A stretch of DNA of 64,000 nt from a virus (lineage: Duplodnaviria; Caudoviricetes): IMG/VR virus record IMGVR_UViG_3300010352_001202; one strand, 5' to 3'. Made by a program: the position numbers and the translations under genes. Every line of letters starts with the position of its first letter. The first letter of the stretch is position 1. Of the stretch, positions 8,683 to 18,647 are shown piece by piece. The notes under the pieces were generated by a model. It was given only the letters and a program-made list of their open reading frames with translations. It was not told the origin of the DNA and searched no databases.

Positions 8683-8906
8683 CAGAGGATGACACATTCA
8701 GAATCCTTACAACTCGAATACCATTCTACGAAATGATGAAAATATATCGTTCCGGTATTGGTCCTAAATGGCCAAATAATAGGGGAAACGAGTGGGAAGT
8801 TTTTATGGCAAAATACGGATGGACCTGGGAAGAATTTGTTAAACAGTGGAGAGATTGGAATGGTGGTGTTGGCACCTATTCCGACTTTGAGAAGAGCAAA
8901 AAATGA
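8679..8906 (+). CDS. Small hypothetical protein
   Basis: ATGA overlap with the upstream gene. Confidence 0.55.
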   Translation: MTEDDTFRILTTRIPFYEMMKIYRSGIGPKWPNNRGNEWEVFMAKYGWTWEEFVKQWRDWNGGVGTYSDFEKSKK

Positions 8907-8962
8907 AATTATTTTTAGATACAGAACCAATATGATAAATACTTCCATAGATTGAGGTATAT

Positions 8963-9736
8963 ATGATACACGATAGGCAAGTTATATTAGGTGATAGTAT
9001 AAAAGATATAGATGATAAGAATAGCCAATTGCATAGACTGAAATTGCAGTGCGATGAATGTAATTTAATTTATGGAACAACAGTAGGAAACTGGAAAAAA
9101 AGAAAATCTAAAAATCCAGAATCTTTAGACCTATGCAAATTTTGCCTGAAGAAAGGCGCCCGCAATCCATCATTTGGTAAAGACAGATCAGATGTTATGA
9201 AATATGCCAGGCAATTTCAAAAAATAAATGGAATGTCAGGTAGACACCACTCCGCTGAGACACGAGCATTACAATCTAAGAGTAAGGTAGATTTAATAGC
9301 AGATGGAAAGTTTAATATAAAAAGTTGTAATAGAGGTAGAAAAGCTTATTATGTTTCTACTAAATCTAATACACAATTTCATGCAGACTCTATCTTAGAA
9401 TTAGCAAGAATGATTGAACTAGATAATGATGTAAATGTTGTATCTTGGACAAAATATCACAGAATACGAATACCTTATGTATTCGAAGGTACGAATCATA
9501 ACTATGTTCCTGATTTTTTAATAGAATTTAAGTCTGGTGAAAAAACAATTGAAGAAGTAAAAGGCAGGATTATTCCGCGTGATTTAGAAAAACAAAATGC
9601 CTGCAAGAAATATTGCATTGAAAATAAGTATCTGTATAAAATGTTTACAGGAAAAGATTTGCAGGATATAAAAATGTATAAACAATTATTAAAGGAATCT
9701 AAACATGCTTCTCTTCCTGGACACCGAATTCACTGA
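8963..9736 (+). CDS. Homing-endonuclease-like protein: NUMOD3-like motifs plus TnsA-type PD-(D/E)XK nuclease
   Basis: NPSFGK, GMSGRHHSAETR, DS.LE, IPY......YVPDFLIE...IEEVKG; AT-rich; GATAAATA at 8934. Confidence 0.75.
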   Translation: MIHDRQVILGDSIKDIDDKNSQLHRLKLQCDECNLIYGTTVGNWKKRKSKNPESLDLCKFCLKKGARNPSFGKDRSDVMKYARQFQKINGMSGRHHSAETRALQSKSKVDLIADGKFNIKSCNRGRKAYYVSTKSNTQFHADSILELARMIELDNDVNVVSWTKYHRIRIPYVFEGTNHNYVPDFLIEFKSGEKTIEEVKGRIIPRDLEKQNACKKYCIENKYLYKMFTGKDLQDIKMYKQLLKESKHASLPGHRIH

Positions 9737-10184
9737 TTTACACCACGAAGCAAAGCTTATCAGTATCGCATTGGTTTCGGAAGACGGCAAATCGTTTTAT
9801 GCCGAGCTTGCAGATACCTATGAACGGTGTGAATGTTCCGACTTTGTTATGAATTTTGTTTTGCCTTTCCTGAAGGGTGGCGAATATAAAATGACAGAAT
9901 CAGAATGTGCTCTAAAAATGGCAACATGGATAGAAGAGCAGGGGCATGAATTTATTATTGCTTGTGATAATATTTCGTGGGATCTTCCACATTTGAGAAG
10001 GTTGCTGAATAAGACAACTGTCTGGCCCTCGAATCTTGATAAGAATGATTATTACAAATTCATAATTATGGATGACGATCTTGAACAAATTGTCTTAGAG
10101 AATAATTTTGATGTCCATAATGCGCTCGATGATGCTATGGTAATGATGCTGGCAAACAAGGCAGGAAAAGCTTACGAGTATTGA
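9705..10184 (+). CDS. DEDDh 3'-5' exo(ribo)nuclease
   Basis: FLDTEFT, LISIALV, WD, HNALDDA motifs. Confidence 0.8.
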   Translation: MLLFLDTEFTDLHHEAKLISIALVSEDGKSFYAELADTYERCECSDFVMNFVLPFLKGGEYKMTESECALKMATWIEEQGHEFIIACDNISWDLPHLRRLLNKTTVWPSNLDKNDYYKFIIMDDDLEQIVLENNFDVHNALDDAMVMMLANKAGKAYEY

Positions 10185-10214
10185 TAAATAGTGTATCACT
10201 GGAGTTGATACACT
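10183..10214 (+). promoter_or_regulatory. Late promoter overlapping an RBS hairpin
   Basis: GATAAATA followed by AGTGTATCA/TGATACACT stem with GGAG in the loop. Confidence 0.6.
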
Positions 10215-10215
10215 T

Positions 10216-10968
10216 ATGTCCGCACAAATAACACCAAGAGTTTTGTTAATGAAGCAAATCGAGCTTATGCTCGGTGCGCAAATGGTTGATATTGAGTTAG
10301 ACGTAGATCACTTGAATACTGCTATAACGATTGGTCTTCAGAAATTGCGTCAGCAATCAGACGGAGCTAATCTCGAGAAAGACATTTTCCTACACATTAC
10401 ACGAGACATATCAGAGTATACTCTTCCAGATGAAGTGCAAGAAGTGAGACGTCTATACCGCCGTGGTGTCGGTGCATACACAAACGGTGGAATAAATTTC
10501 GACCCGGTAGATGCTGCATTCTATAATATCTATTTGCTACAACCAAATAGATCAGGTGGTCTAGCAACCTGGGACTTTTATAATCAATTCCTTGAGACAA
10601 CGGAGCGTCTCTTTGCAAGTCAGTATAATTTCACTTGGGATGTGAATAATCACAAATTAACAATTGTTCGTAGGCCTACAGCCGATGAGGAAGTTGTTGT
10701 TCGTGTTTATGCTAAAAAATCCGAAGATGATTTAATGAATGACCCTTATTCCGGTCCCTGGTTGCGTTCGTATGCTTATGCGCAAGCAAAATATATGTTG
10801 GGAGAAGCTAGAGATAAATTCCCTAGCGGATTCCCTGGACCGAGCGGTAATGTTATGTTAAACGGTGCAACACTTAAACAGGAAGCTACCGTTGAAATTG
10901 AAAAACTTGAGAAACAATTATTAGATCTAGTCACAAGTTCGGATGGTTATGGTTTTGTGATTGGCTAA
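10216..10968 (+). CDS. Neck protein, T4 gp13-like
   Basis: LGAQMVDIELD..HL..AI, W.R.YA.A.AK..LG..R.KF...PGP.G...LNG motifs; late promoter. Confidence 0.75.
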   Translation: MSAQITPRVLLMKQIELMLGAQMVDIELDVDHLNTAITIGLQKLRQQSDGANLEKDIFLHITRDISEYTLPDEVQEVRRLYRRGVGAYTNGGINFDPVDAAFYNIYLLQPNRSGGLATWDFYNQFLETTERLFASQYNFTWDVNNHKLTIVRRPTADEEVVVRVYAKKSEDDLMNDPYSGPWLRSYAYAQAKYMLGEARDKFPSGFPGPSGNVMLNGATLKQEATVEIEKLEKQLLDLVTSSDGYGFVIG

Positions 10969-10974
10969 CGAAAA

Positions 10975-11029
10975 TTGCGAACCCCTAAGCAAATCGTGTA
11001 TAACTACATGTAAATATAGCTTAGGGGTT
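10975..11029 (+). promoter_or_regulatory. sigma70-like and late promoter within an 11-bp inverted repeat covering the SD
   Basis: TTGCGA-18-TATAAC; TAAATA 11011-16; AACCCCTAAGC/GCTTAGGGGTT. Confidence 0.55.
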
Positions 11030-11034
11030 TTCTT

Positions 11035-11667
11035 ATGATTATTGGATTGTTAGGTCTGATCAACAGCGGTAAAGGAACAGTTGCTTCACAGTTAGTAGAT
11101 AATTTCAATTTTAGGCAAGACAGTTTCGCTGCCGGGTTGAAAGATGCTTGCGCTGTGATGTTCGATTGGCCTCGTCATTTGCTCGAGGGTGATACAAAAG
11201 AATCAAGAGAGTGGCGAGAAATTGTTGATCCTTGGTGGTCAGAAAAATTGGGCATGCCTAATTTCAGTCCGCGCCTTGCTTTGCAGGTTATTGGAACAGA
11301 CGCACTAAGAAATAATTTCCACGAAGACATCTGGTTCCTGACATTGCAAAACAGGATTAGAAAAAATCCTAACCAGCATGTGGTTATTAGTGATGTACGC
11401 TTTCCAAATGAAATCGATTTCATTCGATCTAATGGTGGCATCCTGGTGAAAATTAATCGTGGCCCTGCTCCCGTATGGTATGAAACAGCATTATTGGCAA
11501 ATAAAGGTAATTCGATTGCTAGGGATGTTATGACGCAAACTTATTCCGGTGCACATTTTAGTGAATGGGCATGGGTTGGCTCGAAAATTGATTTTGAGGT
11601 AAATAATGATGGAAGCCTGGAGTTCCTTGAAGGCCAAGTAAAGGAAATTGTGAGTAAAATTCTCTAG
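11035..11667 (+). CDS. Deoxynucleoside monophosphate kinase (T4 gp1-like)
   Basis: IIGLLGLINSGKGT P-loop, SFA..LKD, PR..LQ..GT, VISDVRFPNE, H.SE. Confidence 0.9.
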   Translation: MIIGLLGLINSGKGTVASQLVDNFNFRQDSFAAGLKDACAVMFDWPRHLLEGDTKESREWREIVDPWWSEKLGMPNFSPRLALQVIGTDALRNNFHEDIWFLTLQNRIRKNPNQHVVISDVRFPNEIDFIRSNGGILVKINRGPAPVWYETALLANKGNSIARDVMTQTYSGAHFSEWAWVGSKIDFEVNNDGSLEFLEGQVKEIVSKIL

Positions 11668-11700
11668 AGCTTCATTTGCCATATATTTAACACCCTTATT

Positions 11701-11708
11701 GATAAATA
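11701..11708 (+). promoter_or_regulatory. Late promoter motif
   Basis: GATAAATA upstream of the sheath gene. Confidence 0.7.
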
Positions 11709-11750
11709 CTCATAACAAGAAGTATAATTCTTCAGAAGGAGTTAAATTAC

Positions 11751-14546
11751 ATGGCTATTCTAGTATCACCAGGCGTAAGTATTTCGGTCATCGACCAGAG
11801 CATTAATGTTGGTGCCGGTCCAGGTACAGTACCGTTAATCTTTATCGCCACACAACAAGATAAGACTGTTCCGGATGGTTCGGAAGTAGCAGTAGGAACA
11901 ACAAAGGCCAATGCTGGAAAAGTTTGGTCTATCACTTCGCAGCGCGATTTGGTACAGACTTTCGGTGATCCTGTCTTCTATGAAGTTAGCGGAACATCCC
12001 TAAATGGTTATCCACTAAACGAATACGGTTTGCTTGCAGCATACTCGTATCTCGGTATTGCTAACCTAGCAAGAGTTGTCCGTTGCGATATCAATACAGT
12101 TCAATTACAACCAACACCAATTCAGCCAACAAGTCCTGCAGCAGCGGGAACATTCTGGTTTGATGAATCAGCATTACCAAACGGTTCTGCTTATGGTTTG
12201 TTTATTCGTTCTGGCACTTTCCCAAATGAAATTTGGACTGTTGTAGCACCGGATTTCATCTATAACTTTGCAACAGGTGTAGCAAACGCTCCAACACCAA
12301 CAGACGGTGTTGACGGAGACCACGCAGTTGTATTCCAGACAGCATCGGGAACATTATCGTTCTGGAGAAAAGTTGGATCTACATGGTCGCAGATTGGTGC
12401 CCGTGCAGCTCAAGTAACTGCTTCGGCCCCATCAGTGGGTGCATTAATTAATGTTGCATCGACAGTAGGCTTAGAAGTTGGTATGGTTCCAGTAGTTGGT
12501 TCCGGTACTGGTGTTTTCGCAGCTAATACAACTATTACTCAAATCAACAATGCAACATCGTTTACTGTTTCTGCAGTACCATCAACACCGTTTGCGGCTG
12601 CTGATGTAATTAATGCATCGTTTGAAGTTGTTATCAACTCTGTATGGCCGGACCTTACATCGACATCGACAACACAAGAATATTGGCTAAAGACATCCTC
12701 AGCAGCGCAAGGTGCAAATCTTGTTCTACGCAGAATGGATACAACACTTGCTCAGTTCTTGCAAGTTGAAGCTCCAATTCTTACAAATGATGCAGCAGCC
12801 AATACATATTACAGCACAAATCCTGCAGGATCGGATGGCCAGATTTACATTGAGCCAGTCCAGTCGGGTTTAAATCCTACTTCTGCACCGAACTCATACG
12901 AGTTTAGAAAGGCAACTGGCGCATCTGGTCCATGGGCTCCATTACAAGTCATTCAAGGTTCTGTAACAGTTCCAACATCTGGCCCAGAAAACGGTCAGCT
13001 ATGGTTCAATTCAGAGCTTGGCGTTGATAGCAACGGTGAAATCACTGTTGATATGTTAATGGCTGATGGAACAGGCGGATGGCAGAATGTATGGCTAGAT
13101 GGTTGGACAGCGTTCAATACAGCAGCAGTTCTACCAGGCGCAATTAAGGTATATGCACAATCTGCAGATCCACGCGACGATGTACCGCCAAAGGTTCTAT
13201 CGTCAGGCGATGTATGGGTTGATACAGATGTAAATCCGTATCCTGTTATTAAGCGTTGGTCGGGTACAGCATGGATTCTAGTCGACAATACAGACCAGAC
13301 AACTCCAAACGGTATCATCTTCACAGATGCTCGTCCAAATCCAGAATATCACATGGGTACATACTCGGGCGAAAATAACGGTAGTGGTATCAATCCTGAC
13401 TTAGACCCAGATGCACCAGATTCGGACTTGTATCCAAAGGGATTCTTACTATGGAATACTCGTTACTCGACAAACAATGTCAAGGAATGGAATTCACCAT
13501 ATGTAGCTAACGGCGTTCCTGCTGAACCAGATAACACAAACAATGGCTCATTGGGTCGTTGGGTAACAACTTCTGGTAATAACCCAGGTGGCGCACCGTA
13601 CATGGGTGCAGCAGCACAGAATATCTGTATCGTTCGTGCAATCCAGGCAGTTATTACAGCCAACGAAGATATTCGCGCAGAAGATCTATACTATAACTTG
13701 ATTGCTGCCCCGGGATATGTTGAAGCTATTGATGAAATGCTTGTATTGAATGAAGACCGTAAGCAGACAGCTTTTGTTGTCGGCGACACTCCATTCACAC
13801 TAGCAGCCAACGGAACTTCGCTACAGAATTGGGCAACCAACAAGAGCGTTGCATACGGTAACGGTGCTGATGGCCTAGTATCGGCAAGTAAGTATTTTGC
13901 TGCATGGTATCCAAGCGGATTGTCGACCAATGTTGACGGAACTGATGTAGTTGTTCCACCATCACACATGGCTCTAAGAACAATTGCTTACAACGACCAG
14001 GTTGCTTATCCTTGGTTTGCTCCAGCTGGTTTACAACGCGGTATTGTCAACAATGCAGCAGCAGTTGGTTATGTCAATGTCGAAGGACAGTTTATTACTG
14101 TTAAGTTGAATGAAGGTCAAAGAGACATTCTTTACATCAACGGTATTAACCCAATTCGTGTAATGCCACAAGGCGGTATTGTTGTGTTCGGTCAAAAGAC
14201 ACGCCAACCATACGCAAGTGCAACAGACCGTATCAATGTAGTTCGTTTAGAAAATTACTTGCGCTACCAGTTGAACTTACTTGCTCAGCCGTTCCTATTC
14301 GAGCCTAACGATACAACAACTCGTAAGGCAGTTAAGGATGCATTTGATAGATTCATGTCAGAACTTATCACATTGCGTGCTCTATACGACTTCTTAGTTG
14401 TTTGCGATCTTACAAACAACACACCAGCTCGTATCGACAGAAACGAACTTTGGATTGATATTGCAATTCAGCCAGTTAAGGCAATTGAATTTATTTACAT
14501 TCCAATCAGAATCAAGAACACAGGCGCCAGCTTATCGGCACCTTGA
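11751..14546 (+). CDS. Contractile tail sheath protein (gp18-like)
   Basis: LVSPGVSISVIDQS N-terminus; YPWFAPAG..RG, RDILY..GINPI, DRINV.RL, FEPND, CD.TNNTP..IDRNEL..DIAIQP.KA.EFIY. Confidence 0.95.
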   Translation: MAILVSPGVSISVIDQSINVGAGPGTVPLIFIATQQDKTVPDGSEVAVGTTKANAGKVWSITSQRDLVQTFGDPVFYEVSGTSLNGYPLNEYGLLAAYSYLGIANLARVVRCDINTVQLQPTPIQPTSPAAAGTFWFDESALPNGSAYGLFIRSGTFPNEIWTVVAPDFIYNFATGVANAPTPTDGVDGDHAVVFQTASGTLSFWRKVGSTWSQIGARAAQVTASAPSVGALINVASTVGLEVGMVPVVGSGTGVFAANTTITQINNATSFTVSAVPSTPFAAADVINASFEVVINSVWPDLTSTSTTQEYWLKTSSAAQGANLVLRRMDTTLAQFLQVEAPILTNDAAANTYYSTNPAGSDGQIYIEPVQSGLNPTSAPNSYEFRKATGASGPWAPLQVIQGSVTVPTSGPENGQLWFNSELGVDSNGEITVDMLMADGTGGWQNVWLDGWTAFNTAAVLPGAIKVYAQSADPRDDVPPKVLSSGDVWVDTDVNPYPVIKRWSGTAWILVDNTDQTTPNGIIFTDARPNPEYHMGTYSGENNGSGINPDLDPDAPDSDLYPKGFLLWNTRYSTNNVKEWNSPYVANGVPAEPDNTNNGSLGRWVTTSGNNPGGAPYMGAAAQNICIVRAIQAVITANEDIRAEDLYYNLIAAPGYVEAIDEMLVLNEDRKQTAFVVGDTPFTLAANGTSLQNWATNKSVAYGNGADGLVSASKYFAAWYPSGLSTNVDGTDVVVPPSHMALRTIAYNDQVAYPWFAPAGLQRGIVNNAAAVGYVNVEGQFITVKLNEGQRDILYINGINPIRVMPQGGIVVFGQKTRQPYASATDRINVVRLENYLRYQLNLLAQPFLFEPNDTTTRKAVKDAFDRFMSELITLRALYDFLVVCDLTNNTPARIDRNELWIDIAIQPVKAIEFIYIPIRIKNTGASLSAP

Positions 14547-14562
14547 TCTTAAACTGATCTAG

Positions 14563-14592
14563 AATATGCCCGGCCAGTCCGGGCATATTTTT
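14563..14592 (+). terminator. Intrinsic terminator
   Basis: AATATGCCCGG-CCAGT-CCGGGCATATT followed by TTT. Confidence 0.8.
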
Positions 14593-14605
14593 GGCTAAAT
14601 ATTTC

Positions 14606-15271
14606 ATGATTGATCTTAGAGAAGATATTAGATATTTGCCATCACAAGAAATAGTAGGATGCTGTACTGCTAGTGCCTCTCTTCTTGTTGCCGAAATGCT
14701 TATCAATCGATCTGGTGCTAATCCTATGCATTTCTCTAGGTTATTTGTTTATTACATGACTAGAAAAATGCAAGGTAGAATAGGGCAGAAAGGTGCAGAG
14801 CTAGGGGCAACCCTAGAGGCAATGAAACAATATGGATGTTGCACAGACAGATTGTGGCCTCTTCGTCCCACAATAGTTGATAAAGAGCCAAATGCAGTTG
14901 CAATGGAAGAGGCAAAGAATTATAAAATCGGAACATATACTAATGTTATAGAACAAGATTTCAATTATTTGTTAAATAAAGGATATCCCATAATTATCGG
15001 GTTAGCCACTGGCAGGCAGTTTTGGAAACTTAACGGCAAGCTTTCAGAACAGGTGTATAAGCCTATAAATGATATTGATAACCGCCCTTCACACGGGCAT
15101 GCAGTTACTATTATTGGATATACAGATGATTATTGGATGGTAGCAAATTCAAGCGGACTCAAGTGGGGCGATAAGGGTTATGGAATTTTACCTTATGCTT
15201 GCAGGCAGGATATAGGCGAAGCGTATATCATAAATGATTTTGCAGGGATACCGTCGGAAAAAAATTTCTGA
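14606..15271 (+). CDS. Papain-family (C1) cysteine peptidase
   Basis: DLR..., Q...GCC (oxyanion Gln and catalytic Cys), FSRLFVYY, GHAVTIIGY, VANS.G..WG.KGY; GCTAAATA just upstream. Confidence 0.85.
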   Translation: MIDLREDIRYLPSQEIVGCCTASASLLVAEMLINRSGANPMHFSRLFVYYMTRKMQGRIGQKGAELGATLEAMKQYGCCTDRLWPLRPTIVDKEPNAVAMEEAKNYKIGTYTNVIEQDFNYLLNKGYPIIIGLATGRQFWKLNGKLSEQVYKPINDIDNRPSHGHAVTIIGYTDDYWMVANSSGLKWGDKGYGILPYACRQDIGEAYIINDFAGIPSEKNF

Positions 15272-15312
15272 TAATTGATAAATAGTATTAGCTTTTATAG
15301 CAGGAGAAAAAG

Positions 15313-15927
15313 ATGGCAAATTTAGCTAAATTCGGTATTCCATTAGATGGAAACAAGCTTGGTATTCTACATCCCAAGCAGAAGTATCGTTTTAGAGTTG
15401 TCTGGCAGAACTTCGGTGAAAACAACGGTTTGCGCGAAATGACTGCTAATGTGGTAACATGTACCAGACCAAAGATTACCTATAACGAAGTACAACTCGA
15501 CTCGTATAACTCTGTAGCATGGATTCAGGGCAAGCACACTTTCGATCCTATCGAAATTACATTGCGCGATGACATTACTAATGCGGTTGTTTCGTCGGTT
15601 GGCGCGCAAGTCCAGAAACAAATGAACCACTTTGAACAGACAAGTGCTGTTGCTGGTATCAACTACAAGTTCGCAATGGAAATCCATTCGCTAGACGGTA
15701 CTGATAATGAGCAATTAGAGTCTTGGGTTCTTGATGGTTGCTGGATCCAGGCTGCTGCCTACGGTGATAACGATTATGCAAGTGGTGATCCAACTATGAT
15801 TACATTGACAATTCGTTTCGACAACGCAACAGAAGTTTCGGGACCAAACACAAACGACGGTACTACAGTCGGTGGAAATCCATATCCAAATGTCGCCAGC
15901 CCAACTGGTGGTACTACATTCGCTTAA
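15313..15927 (+). CDS. Tail tube protein (gp19-like)
   Basis: PKQKYRFRV, GKHTF.PI.ITLRDD, E.W.L.GCW, ITLTIRFDNA; GATAAATA at 15277. Confidence 0.85.
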   Translation: MANLAKFGIPLDGNKLGILHPKQKYRFRVVWQNFGENNGLREMTANVVTCTRPKITYNEVQLDSYNSVAWIQGKHTFDPIEITLRDDITNAVVSSVGAQVQKQMNHFEQTSAVAGINYKFAMEIHSLDGTDNEQLESWVLDGCWIQAAAYGDNDYASGDPTMITLTIRFDNATEVSGPNTNDGTTVGGNPYPNVASPTGGTTFA

Positions 15928-15951
15928 TAGCGGATTTTTGGAGGTGGCTTA

Positions 15952-17220
15952 GTGCCAAGTTTTACTAGTCTAGCAACTTCATTGACTGGCGCAGGGTTCT
16001 TCTTTGAGAAGAGCTCTCGCCATGCTACCTATAATTTCAATCAAGAAGGGCAGAGTTTATACAATAACCAGCCCCGCTTTCCTTTTGAATATTACATCAA
16101 TATCAGTCTTAATAATGTAGGCTCTGCTGCTTCGTTTATTTCTCAATCTTTTAATTCTCCAAACTGGGCACAAATAGCACCGCTTGTAAAATCGGTGGAA
16201 ATGCCATCGATGAAAATTGAGACAACTCCGTTAAACCAATATAACAGAAAAAGACTAAGCCAGACAAAGATAGCATTTGAACCAGTTAAGGTTGTGTTTC
16301 ATGATGTTGCAGACGGCAAAACACTGAAATTCTGGGATATGTATTATAGATACTATTTCGGAGATGGCAACGAACCTGGTAAAAATCAAGCAAAGTCGTC
16401 GCAACAGAAAAATAGTCCATTCTCGGTTGAAACTTTAAAGAAAGGAGCGCAGTCTCTAATTCCGAAGATTAACCCGGCTATTGCTAATCTTCCTGCAAGT
16501 ATTAAAAACATGTTTGATAGTAATGCACCGAGTGGTGCAAACGATCCTAACAGCACAAACGGACAGAAATCTAATTTAGAAAATATTGTCAGCGATACAC
16601 TCGATAGCCATATCTTCGGATTTAATTTACCTCAAGTTCAGAACATTCGTAGTTTAATTCAAACTATAGATATCTATCAAGTTCACGGTGGAAGATTTAA
16701 TCAGGTTACTTTAGTTAATCCCAGAATATCTGCATTTACACACGATGTACTAAATTATGCCACAAGCGATAAGACACTTGAGCTAACATTTACATTTGAA
16801 TATGAATATGCATATTACACGATTCAGAACTTACAGTTAGGTGAATCCGGATCTACAAAAGATCAGTTCGAACACGGCGAATTCCTTGAATTACCTGCAT
16901 TGTCATTTAATGCTGCGTTAAACAATTTTGTTGAGTCTAACAATCCTTTGCTTAATTCCGATAATCCAATCCTTCAACGAATTGGTAAGAATGTTCAATC
17001 TACTATTGGTAGTGTTACTGGCGCATTTGCTTCAAATGCGGTTCGTGGAGCTACTTCGGCCATTGCCGGCGCGTTAGATGGCTCTGTAAATATTATTCCT
17101 CCACCATACATTTCTCCAAATATACCACCCGTTACGGCAAGATCATTTGCATCCACTGCTAATATAAATTCTACAATGTATAGGGATGTTAATAGAATTG
17201 GAGGCAACCCAGGTGGCTAA
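15952..17220 (+). CDS. Tube-like baseplate/tail tube initiator (gp54/gp19-like)
   Basis: LVKSVEMP, NQYNRKR, F.PV.VVFHD, LELTFTFEYE; follows the tube gene; GGAGG SD. Confidence 0.6.
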   Translation: MPSFTSLATSLTGAGFFFEKSSRHATYNFNQEGQSLYNNQPRFPFEYYINISLNNVGSAASFISQSFNSPNWAQIAPLVKSVEMPSMKIETTPLNQYNRKRLSQTKIAFEPVKVVFHDVADGKTLKFWDMYYRYYFGDGNEPGKNQAKSSQQKNSPFSVETLKKGAQSLIPKINPAIANLPASIKNMFDSNAPSGANDPNSTNGQKSNLENIVSDTLDSHIFGFNLPQVQNIRSLIQTIDIYQVHGGRFNQVTLVNPRISAFTHDVLNYATSDKTLELTFTFEYEYAYYTIQNLQLGESGSTKDQFEHGEFLELPALSFNAALNNFVESNNPLLNSDNPILQRIGKNVQSTIGSVTGAFASNAVRGATSAIAGALDGSVNIIPPPYISPNIPPVTARSFASTANINSTMYRDVNRIGGNPGG

Positions 17221-17686
17221 TGCAAATATAGCATCTATCGGCAGATTTAGCTCGCAGATGCTTACTTATTTGGGTACGCAGAAGACAGTAAAGTCTGTCA
17301 ACAATGTTCCTACAAATACCTTCAAATATGCAACGGGTCCTACTACTTTTCCAAGTGCAGGTTCTATCTCCCAGGCAGCATTAGGCGGTGGTGTAGTTGG
17401 AAACTATGCACCAGATACATATAATTCTACAAAATCCTATTTTCTATCAAGGGGAATAGGTCCTCTGTACGCCGATACAATGACAGGGCTTGCTATAGAT
17501 ATGGCAAGCATGCTAGGTATTTCTACAGCGGCCCTTTTAGAACAGGTAACGCCGACTGGACAGTTGATGTTCACAGCAGATGCATACCGTTCGTTTAATC
17601 TATTAAGAGATCCTGGCAACCAAGTCGGGATTGTTACCAGCGTAAATAATAGATATAGTCTACAAGCAAGAGAAATAAGGTCGTAA
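17213..17686 (+). CDS. Hypothetical virion-region protein
   Basis: GTG start with GGAGG SD. Confidence 0.65.
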   Translation: MANANIASIGRFSSQMLTYLGTQKTVKSVNNVPTNTFKYATGPTTFPSAGSISQAALGGGVVGNYAPDTYNSTKSYFLSRGIGPLYADTMTGLAIDMASMLGISTAALLEQVTPTGQLMFTADAYRSFNLLRDPGNQVGIVTSVNNRYSLQAREIRS

Positions 17687-17687
17687 T

Positions 17688-18125
17688 ATGAGTTCCTATG
17701 TACAGGGGCAGTATAAACCTGTCAACCCAAGTAAATATGTAGGGACTTATCCTATATACTTCCGTTCTTCATGGGAATTCAAAGTTATGCAGATGTTCGA
17801 TTCTAATCCGAACATAACTAGCTGGGCCAGCGAATCCATTAAAATTCCTTATCAAAATCCTTTTACCGGTAAATATACCGTGTATGTACCAGATTTCGTG
17901 GTTACTTATGTCGATGCTAAAGGTAGTCAAAAAGCAGAGATTATCGAAGTAAAGCCAGCTAAAGAGACCTTCCTAGAACAGGCAAAGAGTCAAAGAGCTA
18001 AGGCAGCGGTCGCATTGAATACCTATAAATGGGCAGCAGCACATGCGTTTGCTAGGCACCACGGCATGACATTTAGGGTTATGAACGAAAATAATATCTT
18101 CAATAATCCGAAAGGAAAGGCTTGA
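17688..18125 (+). CDS. Head completion nuclease, T4 gp4-like
   Basis: G.YKP.NP.KY.G, RSSWE, WASE...IPY, Y.PDF, IEVKP, N..KW.AA. Confidence 0.85.
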   Translation: MSSYVQGQYKPVNPSKYVGTYPIYFRSSWEFKVMQMFDSNPNITSWASESIKIPYQNPFTGKYTVYVPDFVVTYVDAKGSQKAEIIEVKPAKETFLEQAKSQRAKAAVALNTYKWAAAHAFARHHGMTFRVMNENNIFNNPKGKA

Positions 18126-18628
18126 TGACTAAAAAACTGGAAGAATTTTTTAATTTACCTCCCCGCGATGAGCCGGAGGTAGAAGATCTGCCAACAAAAA
18201 CTCGTGAAGAGTTAATGGTAGAGGCACGAGAAATATATTCAGCTATAACAACCGCAGAGAAAGTTGATATCGCTCTTCCTACTGTAGTAGGATTAGACAC
18301 CCATGATTCAGAAATGGATGATATTGCTGCTAAAGCAGTTAGAACATTTAATGATCTAATTGCCTTGGGAGGTAATGTGCCAGATATGCATGCCGGTAAG
18401 ATCTACGAAGTAGCTGGCCAGATGCTCAAGACTGCACTTGATGCTAAGAATGCCAAAGCAGAGCGTAAACTTAAGATGATTGATCTTCAACTTAAGAAAG
18501 TAAAAGCCGAACAAATTGATATACAGCTAGGGCAAGGTAACAGAAGCCCTGCCGGCGGTGGCGAATTTGACCGTAATGAACTCCTAAAATATATTGTCTC
18601 CAACAAATCAGAAAAGTCTGATAAATAG
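18125..18628 (+). CDS. Putative terminase small subunit (gp16-like)
   Basis: Helical; KIYEVAGQMLK resembles the gp16 (P)RAYEV motif; lies upstream of terL. Confidence 0.5.
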   Translation: MTKKLEEFFNLPPRDEPEVEDLPTKTREELMVEAREIYSAITTAEKVDIALPTVVGLDTHDSEMDDIAAKAVRTFNDLIALGGNVPDMHAGKIYEVAGQMLKTALDAKNAKAERKLKMIDLQLKKVKAEQIDIQLGQGNRSPAGGGEFDRNELLKYIVSNKSEKSDK

Positions 18629-18647
18629 TCGTAACACTGGAGTCAAT

